Below are positions 38,836 to 51,864 of a stretch of 64,000 nt of DNA, one piece after another. The notes beneath the pieces were generated by a model. It ran no database searches. It had not been told where the DNA came from and was given only the letters and a program-made list of their open reading frames with translations. The stretch is from Vicugna vicugna (taxonomy: Eukaryota). The position numbers were made by a program, and so were the translations under genes. Where the stretch lies: positions 10,934,184 through 10,998,183 of the forward strand of contig MU058844.1 in assembly GCA_013265495.1 (NCBI GenBank). Reading direction: 5' to 3'. The number at the start of each line of letters is the position of its first letter. Positions within the stretch are counted from its first letter, which is position 1.

Positions 38836-41819
38836 AAACAGGCATAGAAAACAAAATAGCATCCTTGACTGAGAGTTAAATTCAGAAGCTTTATAATATA
38901 GGAAAAAATAAGAAATGTTTCTGATACAGCATTTGAGCTGTATGTTTCTTTAAGCAGACTTCACAAGGTGTAGGGACCCATATACTAATGCACACCAGAC
39001 TCGGAGCTGTAATTCATATGCCTATTTAAACTTATGCAAATGAGGACATTAAAGTGGAAACGTATATATAACATATGCATCAATAAAAGAAAACAAATTA
39101 CTCTATAATTTGTTGCTGTTAAGTAGGCTTAACTCATTAAACTGCTTGGTGGCTAAGACACATGAAAACATCCCCTGCAGAAGGTCACAGGCTACTATCA
39201 TAATAGATTCCAGGGACAAAGCCAGGAAGCAGAAGTTCCTTTTCATTGTGCTTCTAGTCTCCAGTTATGCACCTCACTCTTCAATATTAGCACAACTTCT
39301 CTCTTCCCATCCACAGAAATACTTTACAGGGTATTTTTTACTAAAGACCTCATTGCTCCAACGTCTAAAGTCCCACAGTCATTTTCCCAAAATCTCTTTG
39401 AAAACTTATTCGTGTCTATTTCCTCAGAATTATATTAAGGGGTGAATATGATAGGGGATCGAAAGAATAATTAATTGAGGATTAATGTTCTCTTTCTATG
39501 TTGAAAACGTCACATGTTATCTGAAGAGTCAGAACAATCTGTGCGTTAAGTAAAAATTAGTATCTGTGTTTTGCAAATGAAAAAACTAAAACTAACTAAG
39601 ATGAACTGATTTTCTCAAGGTAACTCCAATTCAGTGCCCTTTCCAAAATATCTTCATTTTTTAGGGGACGTATAGAGACACAATCAGTATTTTGGACAGG
39701 AAGATACTTCACCCTTTCAGCATCCGCACTTACGTGACTGGCAACGCATAAGGCTAATCTGGTCATCGTCTAGATCTCTGGTTAATAATTAAATTTCAAT
39801 TAAAGTGAGTTTAATCCTTTCTTATATCCATCACTGTGAGTCACATAAATCATATTTTACTGGATCATGTAAATATTGCAAAAGATTTGATTATTATTCA
39901 ATCAAAGCAAAAAACCAAATAACAACAACAAAAAAAACCCCCTAATTACTCACATATTGGTAAAATTTACTGAAAGATTTGTTTGGAGTAAGGAATGAAG
40001 GAAGAATTCTACATTTATAAAAATCGTAACTACCATCATCTGAGGAAACGTCGAATGATCTGGAAAATAAGCATAATAAAGCATTCCGCAAACAGGTACA
40101 AATTTTAAATGTAGAGAGAAAATACATAACTTTTCTCAAATATCAGTAAGGTATCTAATGTTATATTAAATAGAAATTTGATATTTTTTTGAAGAAATAT
40201 TATTCTTCAAACTTTAAGGTTCTACTCATGTTTACTCAAGCATTTACTCAACTAATATCCGGAAAAAAAGAGTGCTTGGCTTAGTTTAAAATTCTCTAAC
40301 AATTCTTGGACACTGTTAGATCTTACAGTAAGAATAAACTGATCCAAAGTAAATATGATTTAAAATTATATTAGAAAAAGGAAATATAAGAAATAAATAA
40401 AATATACCTTTAAAGATACAGAAAATCTAAAATTTTGTTCCTTAAAAATAAGTCATCTCTCTAAGATACGGAATATCAAAAGTACTGTGTACATTTTATG
40501 ACATAGTTGAGATATTATACTTATGCCATCTGAGAACTGAGTCAGCAACATATACTAGACATGAATAAGCTTGAAAGGATTTTACTTACAATTAAAAGCA
40601 AACTTTAACTTTCCATTCTGAAAATAGATACAACTAAATAGATTTGTAACACATCAGCCAATGGACTTTTTCACGTAACTTTATCAATCTAGGGCATACG
40701 TTAGAAAATGCTGGTTAGTGAGTGGGTCTTCTCATCGAGTATTTGAGGAAATGTGTACACAGCTGCACGGTAACTCTAAGTGTGCTGTATTTTCTTCTTC
40801 CGTAGTATATGTGCGCTTGAGTGTCTAATCAACACATCATGCCTAATAACCCTAAAATTATATTTTTACTTATTAAAAAGTAATATCTCCCTAAGTATCT
40901 TGCATGTAAAGCTCATTCTGACTCCAAATTGACTGCCTTTCCTTCTGACGTGTTCCCAGTGATTACTGAGGCTTGAGAATACTTCCACTGCATAACACAT
41001 CTTGCTTAAATTCATTCCCCAAAATTGATGTCCAGATAATTACACTAATCAATGTCTCTTTACTTCTAGACCTGCGCAAAGCTTCTGCTATAATCTCTGT
41101 TGAGTTTTATTTTATTAATAGTTCTCTATTCATCACTGTATCACACATCTTGCATTTGAAAGTATCTATCAATCCCATTCTCTTCAATCTTGGTTTATTC
41201 TGACATAGCCTTTCTATTTTAGCAATTTTGGTGCATTTATCATCTTTTCATTTACCTTTACTGTTTATCAGCTAGTGCCTGGTCTTATACAGAACAATCA
41301 TTAGGTGCTCATTTCTTATAGGGGAGGGAGGGAAGGAGGAAATGGAGTGAAGGTGTAATAAATCTGTTCTCATTTTCTGATATATCATCTGTGATACCAC
41401 AGTTGACCCATACCTAATATTCCATCCCTGATCCTACTTTTCTTATGGGTCCCAATTCTAAATTTCATTTCATACATTCTACAGAGGAAACGTATAGAAA
41501 TATCATAGAAACTCACCCAGGGTGTCATGGAAATAAGTCAGACATAGATGTCATCAATGATGTATTTTGAGCCTTGGAGAAGACTTGGGGATTCTATTTA
41601 TACAGTTGGTATACTGAGCAAATAGTCATCATGTTCAGTACTTTAACAAAGTAACCAGTCCCAGTGGGGAGACACCCTAGGACTCCCTCACTAGAGAGAA
41701 CAAGAAATAAGGCAACGATAAAAGGGTTTCTTGGGAATTAAGTCACCTCACTTCCCCAGGGAGTCACCAACATCATAATCACAAAACCTTAGAGAGCCCA
41801 AAGCTGTCTGTACTTATGT

Positions 41820-43015
41820 CCATTTTAACTTCCACTTACTCCTCACCCATCGTTCTGGCTTCTGGTCTCATGAGTCCACTGGAACAGCTCTTGCTGAGAT
41901 TTCCAATGATTTCCATTGTCACCAAATCTAATAAAACAGTTTCAGATTTAGGTGACAACACAGTAGTTTTTGACACAGACATTGTCTTCCCTCCCTCTCA
42001 AAACATATTCTTCCCTGATCATCTGTCACATTTGTCACATCATACTCCTCCCTCTGTGCCAGCTCGTTGGCGCTTGCAGGCTCATTCTTGTGTACATAGA
42101 CATTAAACAGTGAAGTACCTCCAAGTTCAGACTAAGCCTTTCCCTCTTTTTATTCTGTACTCTCTTCCACACCCACAGTTTGAAATATGACCTAAACACA
42201 AATGATTTCTTCTGAGCTCTAAGCCAATATATTCAATTTCCTATAAGACAGCTCTTCTAGGATTTATTTCCAAGCACACATTCATGTCCAAAATAAAATT
42301 CACAATCTTCCCACCCACTCGGTGCATTTTCTATCTCGATGAATAACACCCACATCCATCTAGTCATCCAAGCCAGAAAACTCATCTTGACAACAAACTA
42401 ATCTATCCACATTCACCTTAGTGCCCCTTCCGCTGATTCACAATACTGAAGCTTGGGTGATGACTTATAAATGAAAATCTGACCACTTCCCTCCCTTGTT
42501 CCATATCTTTCGGTGGCCTCCCATCACTCTTGGATGAATCTTGACATGACCTAAGAGCCCTACACGATCTATCTCTACTTCTTTAATCTTTTTGTAGGGC
42601 ATACTCCTCCACGTTCTCTGCATTTTAGCATAGTGGCCTTCAGTCCTTTGTCTGCCCTCTCTCAAGAACTTGCCTGGATTCTTTCCCCCATACGCATCAC
42701 TAAATCAGTCTCCAGTTTGTCATTTAGATATCAGCTGATACATACCTTATGCAGGAAAGCCTGGTTTACCCAGTAAGGCAAAATGTCCTTACTATAAGCT
42801 CTCAGAACACCGTATATCATACATCTTACTTACTGGTGTAGTATTTTTCAGAGTTGTAACTTTATACTTTCTATGATCATAATGTAATTACTCTTTCTCC
42901 TTTTCTAGTCTGCGGTTTTCATGAAGGCAAAGGCTGTGCCTGTTTTTGCTCTTTGTATCCAAAATGCCCAGCACATAGCAAGAAATTGATAAACGCCAAT
43001 TAAATAAACAATGAA
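41820..43015 (+). mobile_element. L2 LINE, about 1.2 kb, RT remnant through 3' end
   Basis: tctggcttctggtctcatgagtccactggaacagctcttgctgagatttccaatgat...ttttgacacagac is a decayed L2 RT segment (SGF..HSTETAL...ND...FDT-like); ends tgcccagcacatagcaag...aataaacaatgaat. Confidence 0.85.
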
Positions 43016-43259
43016 TATTTGTAGTCTGAACTGGACAGGTGTAAATATCCAGGGATTTAAGCTGGGATGAGGAATAAACATGAGGGGAAGGAAAAAAAAA
43101 CCCAAATTTTCACTATTTTGCATCTCGAGCCTAAAAAATTTTTCCAGGTTTAATGTAAGGCTTTAGGCAGAGACTCAATGTCTGGGATTTGAGTCCTTGA
43201 ATATGTGGTAAAAGAATTACCAAGCACTAGGGAGAGAAGTCAGGAGACTTAGTGTTCAT

Positions 43260-43390
43260 CCTTTGTTTATTCAATTAGTTACTCATCCATTTACTTAAAA
43301 AATATTTATTAAAACCTATCATGTACTGTGGACTATGCTAAGCATTATGACCACAAAAGTAAGAGAATGCTTGCCCTTTCCATCTTGTAG
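43260..43390 (-). mobile_element. L2 3' end
   Basis: actcatccatttacttaaaaaatatttattaaaacctatcatgtactgtggactatgctaagca. Confidence 0.7.
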
Positions 43391-45589
43391 ACAAATGGCT
43401 CTAAGGCCCATCCAATGGTGAGGAAGGAGCTTCTAACCTATTTCTAGGTTTGCACTGCAATAATTCTGGGATGCACATGACAAAAATCAGAAAATGACAG
43501 AGCTGAAGGCTGATAATCCTTAGCAAGATGTACATAAACAGAAGAGGAAGGAGGTGTTCAATCAAACAACATTGGAGATGGTCCCAGGGTATCAGGAGTA
43601 CTAAATAACTTTATGAATGACTACTCTTTGAAAAGAGAAGATATTTATTGAAAATTAAGACAACAACCTAATGTGTGTGGTACTTGAGAGCCTGAAGACT
43701 AAGGTGGAATGACATACTATTAGATTGCAGAAGAATCAAAAAAAATGGACTATATTGAAGTGTTAGTTATTGAAGTTCCAGTTTGGTGATGACAATATTC
43801 AAGGAAACAGATATTATATTGATTATGGTTTTGTCTGTATATTTCATTCAAGGAGAACAATGAAGACCAAATCTGTATCTATCTATATTTATACCTATAT
43901 TTAATTGGCTTAAATTACAAAAGGACCAAGATTTAACTATAAGGAACACATGGCAGCAAATAAATTTGGTTAGAATGTTTTTCTGCAACAATTCTCTGGG
44001 GATGCAAGGATGAAGTATACACGTCCTTGGATTTTTCTTTTCCCATACATAAAGACTAAGCTTATATTTGTGATTTCTGTTGCAGTCAGATTTTAATCGG
44101 ATTCTTAACAGTAGAAGGAAATTCTATATCCTGAAAAAATTTGAAGACAAGATCAGCAAAAATCATCTTTCTACTTCAAAAATAAGATGAAGAAAGAACA
44201 ATTTAGAAGCAACTCACTGAGAGATCTTTTATAAACAAGTGGCTGATAAGAAATAAAAGCATACTCTGAAGCCAGAAAGTCACTAAACCAAGCATACATT
44301 TATATAAAATAAACACTCACTTTGGAAATATTTATACTAAGTCAATGAAAATGTCAATGGGAGCACGGAATCTACACGGAGGCTAAAAAAAGAAATACAA
44401 AGTGTATATTGAATACTATACCAGTAAGATAAACATTTCTCTACAGAAACAATCATTCCATTATCTGCACTGAGGAGAAATAAGGTACATGCTGTAAAAT
44501 GCAGTTTACAAGTTCCCTTTGTCCTGCAGAGATTATGAATATTCTGGTTGATTGAAATGGCCTTAATTATACAATAAATCGTGTTCTGATTTCAATTCAG
44601 TTCTCTGTGAAAATGTTTAATATTCATCAGTGTTCCGGAAGTTGATCAATCCTAAGTGAAATATTGAAACTGATTTCCTGGTAATGCCAGGTAAGACTCA
44701 ATCTGGACATGGAAAGATTCTTCTAAGGGCCAAAACAGTGGACTCTGCCCTCAGCCTATCCATGAACCCTCCTTTATCCATTAGAGCTCCGGCATTTTCT
44801 TAAGCCTATTTTATTTACAGAAATGAGGACTGTTACAACACAGGGTAAACTGAAAACATTATGAAACCGTGATTGGAACATGGCACAGTGCTGTTTTAGT
44901 GACTGGGGAGAAAATCAGGGCTTTAAATTCTGATCAACAGACCAAAATGATTGACACAAATTCCGGTCTAAGAGTGAATTGCTGAGTTCTGCTCAATTTT
45001 ATATTGTTAAGATATGTAGTCATCAAAATCGGCAGAGAGGGTGGCCTGAGCTTCTGATAGCTCTGAAGTTGCACCAGGTGCCCATAAGGAAACATATTTA
45101 GAAATAATATAATCAGTACTCAAAAAACCCCTCATCAGTATTCAAATTATACAAGTTTAAATATATATTTCAGCTAGAATGATGGAATAAAAAAGATCTC
45201 ATGGGCCTGGAAATTATAAATTCCATGAATACTAGTTGAATGAGTAAATAGAATTTTTACAGAACTTTGGACTTTGGATATTATGGGTATGAGGAAATTG
45301 AGGCAAGAGGGGGAAATGATTGACTCCAGGTTGAACCACCAGCTAGTGAAGGTTAGTCCAGAGACTCTCTGACAGATACTTTTCCTTGAGTTTCTGAAAA
45401 TTGGCTTTCTATCATTTGCCAGAGGCACAGTGAGTTCATATACAGAGAGTGATTTTGTATAAATTTTGTATAAATCACTCTCTCTTTATATATGATATAC
45501 ATATTACACATCCAATTGTGTGTTTTTCTGTAAATAAGGAGATTAAAAAAACTAGAAAAATAATCATGCTAGTGTGGTCTAACATTTTC

Positions 45590-45920
45590 TATTTCTAATA
45601 AACCCAATTATTTACACCTTTTGGGCATAAAATGTAATTTGCATATTTTCTATGCAACAACATGGCTGCTGGCTGAGCAATTCCAGATACTGCAGAGTCA
45701 GACTCCAGGAAACAGCTGGAAAAAAGCCTTTCCCTGCTCTGTGTGAGATAATTCAAATTACTCCTTCTCTTCAAAGCATAGGACAGAGAATTGGACCAAT
45801 GTTTAATGTAAGCAGCCATCTTGATCATTTTGCTTCTGTTAAGACCCAAGAACTTGCGGTTTTGATAATGCTCCTTTGGTTGTAAGGCATAGGGAAACTC
45901 ACATTTTGATTTCATTTGAC
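45590..45920. promoter_or_regulatory. Candidate enhancer with extended octamer
   Basis: TAATTTGCATAT (ATTTGCAT at 45637-45644), E-box CAGCTG and CCAAT in repeat-free sequence. Confidence 0.3.
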
Positions 45921-47019
45921 AAAATAAAAAGTAGCTTCATGACAGTAATAACTGGGAGGCAGATCAGAGTTTCTGACCTAACTGCACATGGCATTTTATA
46001 TTTTGGCTTCAGACAGCTTGTCTTTTGAGACTTCCATCAGTACATAAAGGAGAATTTAGTAGTTAATGCTCTAGTAAGTATGGAACTTCTGGAAAGGAGG
46101 ACTGCTTTGAGGATGTAAATCTCTAAGACCATCACCTAAACTTGATCACTTTACTCGGAGCTTCATCTCTCAGCCCACAAAATACTGTTCCAAATGTATA
46201 TACATGCAATATCTTTTAACATATCTTCACATAATTTAATCAGTTTCCATATTACACATCCAATCATGATGATATCATCATGCTACTAAATGAAGCTCTT
46301 TCATGGAGCAGTTTGTGTATGCATCATGTTTTGACAGAAAGATGAAATGAAGACTTTGGATTCTATAGTCTTTTCTGCTTCTTGCTTAATTAACCCCATG
46401 AACTTCTCTATCTTTTTCTTGTCTTAAAATAAGGGTCATAATACCCAAGTCCTGGGCAATGTTTCATTGATTTTATGAAGCTGCTACCCCAGAACCTAAA
46501 CAAGAAAAGTTCCTCCATAAATGTTAAGTTCCCACTCTGATAACACTTTATTGTAAGTACATGCTTCAATGAATCAAAACATGAACATCTAATCTCTAAA
46601 CAATTTACATCAGAGTTATACTGGTAGGTATTATAAAAGCACCAGAATTTAAGCTATTCTTGTGTAGTGAAGTCTTAATCATTTTTGTAGTCACAAGATA
46701 CAGCATAATTCCTGGCATAGCAGGCACTCAAATCAATATTTTAGTGATGAGATGAAACGGCAGAATGATCACTATGACCTAGGCATGCTGTGTGCTCCGG
46801 CAGAGTGAAGATGGAGCCCAGAACACTGCTTCCTCTTGGCAGGACTCTCTTCCAGAACACTCCTAGTCTGATCACCACCTGCATCAAGACAGGCAGAACT
46901 AATTTTGTTTGCTCTAATCTCTTTGCCATTCTTCTTAGATGCTAATTAGATGCTTGGATGCTAGTGGGTGGCCCAGGACAACTCATACTCCTGCTGCTGG
47001 TGGACCCTTTCCCCTTTTT

Positions 47020-47210
47020 CTTTCTCAATAGTATTTCTGCCATCTGACATGCTAAATATTTTATTTTTTAGTGTATCTGTCTGCCTCCTCCATTAGAATA
47101 TAAACTCCAGGATCAGATGTTTTTATCTGTTTAATTCACTGCTTTATCTTTAGTACTCAGTCTGGCACTTTGCTGGTACTTACAGCTATTGGTTGAATGT
47201 TTGAATAAAC
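47020..47210 (+). mobile_element. L2 3' end
   Basis: tgtctgcctcctccattagaatataaactccag...ttcactgctttatc...tctggcac...tattggttgaatgtttgaataaa. Confidence 0.8.
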
Positions 47211-48099
47211 TTCTGCTCACCATGAGGAAATCTATTTTTACATTATAACTCCTCCCTATTCTTTGAGATAAATACACAAATGCTTAGAATAAAATCAGTT
47301 ATCAGAACTCAATATGACTAATATTTATCTTTTTTTGTTGTTCTTCTAGGGTTTAAAGACTTTCTTAATATTATTGAACATAATTGAATCCATCTCCTCC
47401 TTCTACTAAAAGAAACATTTTCTATAATTGTACTTTCTAAATATACAAAATTGTTTATTTAATTTGTATCTTTATTAACTGGCTTGATTGAGAGTATGCT
47501 AAAAATACTGCTGTGATTTCTTCAGATTCCTTGAAAAACATGATGAGGAGGATTACTCCTAAATTATAAATATTTTTATCTTATTACCTCAGGGAAGGAA
47601 AAACTCATCAGCGTTTACAAAATATGAGAAACCTCTCTGAAAAATAAACCAACATTCTTGAAGTTACATCACATATAATTAGAACTATTTTTCCCCATAT
47701 TAGAGATTTAAGTAGGCTTTATGTTATTTATAATTTTTAATAGGATTGCAATGTGCTGTAATTTTTTAAATTTTTCAATAGGTTAAATAATCTATTTCCC
47801 CTTTTTTCAAGTTCATTTCTCTAAAAAGAACAGTTTTCTACATTCAGGTATTTATCTTTATTGTACTGAAACTGAAATTAAAATTCATAACAGTACAAAG
47901 CTAATGTACTATAGAAGATACATATTAAAAGGTCAGAGGTATAAAGATGAATGGTTTATTCTTTCCCAAATTGTTCCTGCTTTGAGGAATTTTAATTCAC
48001 AAATCATTCTTAAAGAAGGTTTCAGTCATCATAATTGACAATACCATTTATAGCTTGTTTAAAAAATACAAGTATAGCGCTTGAGGCATTTTATGCTTA

Positions 48100-48838
48100 A
48101 GTATAAGACGTGAGGCCTAGAAAATTTTATAACCAATTTTCATGTTCCTTGACCCTGGTTTTAGCAGTGATTTTTTTGTGGTTTGACATCAAGGCCACAA
48201 AAGCAAAAACAAGTGGGACTATACCAAACTAAAAAGCAGAGGAAACCACCAAAAAGCGAAGATGCAGCCTACTGAATGGGAGAAAATACTTGCAAATCAT
48301 GTATCTGATAACAGGTTGATATTTACAATATATAAATAACTCATCCAACTCAATAGCATAACAAACAATTCGATTAAAAAGTCGGCAGAGGATCTGAATA
48401 GACATTTTTCCAAGGAAGATATACAGATGGCCAACAGGCACATTAAAACATGCTTAATACCATGAATAGTCAGGGAAGTGCAAATCAAAACCACAATGAA
48501 AAATCACTTCACTCCTGTTAAAATGGCTATTATCAAAAAGTCTAGCAATAATCAGTGTTGGTGAAGCTACAGAGAAAAGGGAATCCTATGCACTGTTAGC
48601 GGGAATGCAAATTGGTGCAGCCACCTTGGAAAAGAGTATGGAGGTTCCTCAAAATATTAAAAATAGAACTACCATGTGATCCAGAAATTCCACATCTGGG
48701 TATTTGCCCAAAGAAAACAGAAACACTAATTCAAAAAGATATGTGCACCCCCATGTCCACTGCAGCAGTATTTACAATAGCCAAGATATGAAAACAACCT
48801 AGGCGTCTATCAATGGATGAATGAATAAAGGAAATATG

Positions 48839-48871
<33 letters not shown>

Positions 48872-49190
48872 GGAATATTATTCAGTCATACAGAAAAAGA
48901 CGTTTTGCCACTGATGATTTCATGGATGAACCCTGAGAGCATTATACTAAGTGAAAGAAGTCAGACAGAGAAAGACAAATATTGTATGATCTCACATATG
49001 TGGAATCAAAAACAACAACAACAACAAAAAAGAAAACTTATGGAGACAGAGAAGGGATTGGTGGTTGCCAGAGGCAGGGGGGTGGCAGGATGGAGCAGAT
49101 AAAGATGGGAAAGGGGGTCAAACAGTATAAAACTTACATGATAAATAAGTTCTGGGGATACAGTGTACAGTAGGGTAACTATAGTTTAAC
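48100..49190 (+). mobile_element. L1 (L1MA-type) ORF2 3' end plus 3' UTR, decayed, with internal (CA)n
   Basis: gaatgggagaaaatacttgcaaatcatgtatctgataa...gacatttttccaaggaagatatacagatggccaacaggcac...ggaggttcctcaaaatattaaaaatagaactacc...agtcagacagagaaagacaaata; frameshifted. Confidence 0.95.
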
Positions 49191-51195
49191 AGACCATTTT
49201 AACTACAAAACTTCCAAGTCTATTGCATACTTTCAGCCTTTTTGTCTCTTGGCACAGTTCCATAACCTTACCATGTACTTCTGTAAAATGTAATTTTACA
49301 TGTTTATTACATATGTATAATTATATACAAATACAATTTCTTCAATTGTCCAAATTTATTTGCTTATGGCCTCTTCTCAATATGGGGATAAGAGTGAAAA
49401 ATGTCTCTATTTATGTTTCATAATCTTCATCATTTTCTAAATATTCACTTATCTCTTCCCAACTTGTATGTCTCTAGGATGGATCCCTAATTTTTAGAGT
49501 CTGTCAATTGATATTTACATATGGCATAAACCGAACTAAACTCCCTGCACTAAAGATGACTTTTGTGTTTAAAAAAATACTGTAGGTTCACTTTAGAAGG
49601 ACAGATATTTTTCTGCAAGCACAATTGTTTCGCTTACGGATCACACCAATAACAATTTTCCATCCCGAGAGCTTTCCCTTCCTAATCCTACCTTAAATTT
49701 TTAAGCCACTTCTAATAGCAAAGCGTCCACTCCAACACAATGGCGGCTCAGGTTTTGGTTTTTTGAATTAAACAGCTGCTATGTGAAACCTTATCGTAGG
49801 CTTTGCAGAAGTTAACTTAACAGGCAGGTCAACTTGAGACTTCATTTAGGTCCTGCCGGATAATGCTGCCACTGTGGAAGCAAGCACGCGTCAACAATAA
49901 AAACGACTTACATACAAGGTTTATCCTCCAGATGTCAAACAGCCTATGTTTAAGCCAACATAATGAATCTTCTTGCATTTTCTTTATTAGTAAATTTTAC
50001 TAACACAGATATAATTTATTTTTTCCCATTAAATTAATAATCCATGTTTATTGTCTTGTAAAGAACTGCCTTCAGTAGACAACTACTGGGAAGTAAGTTG
50101 TATTTTGCTTTGTAGAAGACATAAAAATGATAATTTCTGATTCAAAAATAAGATAAAAACTATGAAGTATGTTCAGTACAAAGAAATACACTAATGACTT
50201 TGCTAACATTTCCTATGAGAATTTACTAGCATTCCTTTTACAGATATAATTTATTTTTCTATGACTATAATTTCAAGAAGCAAACTTTCAAAGAATGTGA
50301 TGCTAAAAGCTGATCTACTGAGCAGTTTTCTGGGTCCCTGTGAATGGTTACAGAATTTATAACCTCATGAACACGTTCCCTGTCCAATGTTTCATATTAA
50401 GAAACTATCAAAGTAGCTGTCACTCTTATCTTCATCAGCTAAAATTGACATTCTTTTTTTTTTAATGATGGCTCTAATTTCCCAGGAGAAGGTAAACAAT
50501 TATTTGGGATTCTTAGAGAATAACTACCTTTGAGAAAACTATTCTTCATGTTTTATAGGTACTAAGGCTTAAAGTTTGTCCTGGAATTCATAGGAAAGAA
50601 AAGAAATTTAATGTCTAACTAATAGGTTCAAGGTTATGCTGAATCTAAACCACCATAAGTGAGTGATAACAAATTTCTCTGAAAAAATCTCCATTATGTT
50701 TTACCTTTAAGTATTGAAAGTAATTTATTTTACTTATTATTCCTATAATTAACATTTTATTTAGTCTGTTTTTAAATGGAAAATAGAGAGCAATTGCTGC
50801 CTGTTACAGTCCTTATTCACTTTGTAGAGAAATAAGACAATTACCATCTTTTCTATGATTTTGACCTTATTTTCCTATGTTACTTGCCATATTATGATAT
50901 TCAAGAGGTCTTAGAAAAAGAAAAACAAAAATTGATCCATTGATTCTTCCATTTTAAAAACACTAAAAAGTCTGAATAACCCGTAATCTCCCTTTAATAA
51001 ATTACTTAATATATGTACTATATTCTGTAAGACTGCATTACTACTCAAGGAGATTTACAAAAATATTTAAGAAATTATTAATTGCTCCAAATTTAAGAAT
51101 GTAAATAATTTTCTAATGTCTAATAAGAGATTATTTATAAAACATTTAGCCAATTTGGGGGAAATAAAAGTTCTTTCTTTAGGTTAACATATACA

Positions 51196-51330
51196 TTTAA
51201 TTATTTTATTTTGTTTTACTTGGGGGGGTGTAGGTAATTAAGTTTATTTTTAGAGGACATACTGGGGATTGAAGCCAGGACTTCATGCATGCTAAACATG
51301 CACTCTACCACTTGAGTTAGACCCTCCCCC
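51196..51330 (-). mobile_element. tRNA-Ala-derived SINE (camelid vic-1 type) with 15-bp TSD
   Basis: Antisense tRNA-Ala(AGC)-like head; perfect TSD aggttaacatataca at 51181-51195 and 51331-51345. Confidence 0.92.
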
Positions 51331-51740
51331 AGGTTAACATATACAACTAGAATTAACTGCAATATATGAATGTTACCCTAATTTTGAAAACTCCGTCAAC
51401 TTTACTTTCAGATGCTGGTTTCATGTAAATATCCATCTATCTTATAAAGTGTTCTGAGCAATAATTATTTTAGAGCAGCACTTGGCTTATATGAAGTGCT
51501 CAATGAGCCAGCAATACATCTGATTATCTTCATTACTTCAAGTTAAAATAACAAAGAATCAAAATATAATTCCATTTAAGCAAAAACTCTCTTTTCTCTC
51601 AACATTCCCCAAATATTTGTGGACTTCTGTATGCTTTTCAAATGAAAATTAAAATTGAGCAGTTTTAGTTGCTTATCATAGCACTGCAGGTAACTGCTAC
51701 CTTCTTTCACTCACAGTTCTTTAGAGGAATGCATACTATT

Positions 51741-51864
51741 TGGGGAGGGGAGGTGATTAGGTTTATTTATTTATTTGCTTTTCTAATGGAGGTACTGAGG
51801 ACTGAACCCAGGACCCTGTGCATGCTAGGCACGTGCTCTACCACTGAGCTATACTTTCCCCACT
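51741..51864 (-). mobile_element. tRNA-Ala-derived SINE (camelid vic-1 type) with 13-bp TSD
   Basis: ggaggtactgaggactgaacccaggaccctgtgcatgctaggcacgtgctctaccactgagctatac; TSD aatgcatactatt at 51728-51740 and 51865-51877. Confidence 0.92.

Noticed and set aside
41816..42106. 96-aa ORF
   Set aside because: Lies in a decayed L2 reverse-transcriptase region, out of frame with the RT motif.
48229..49173. ORFs within the 48-49 kb L1
   Set aside because: Fragments of frameshifted L1 ORF2 and 3' UTR; no intact ORF.
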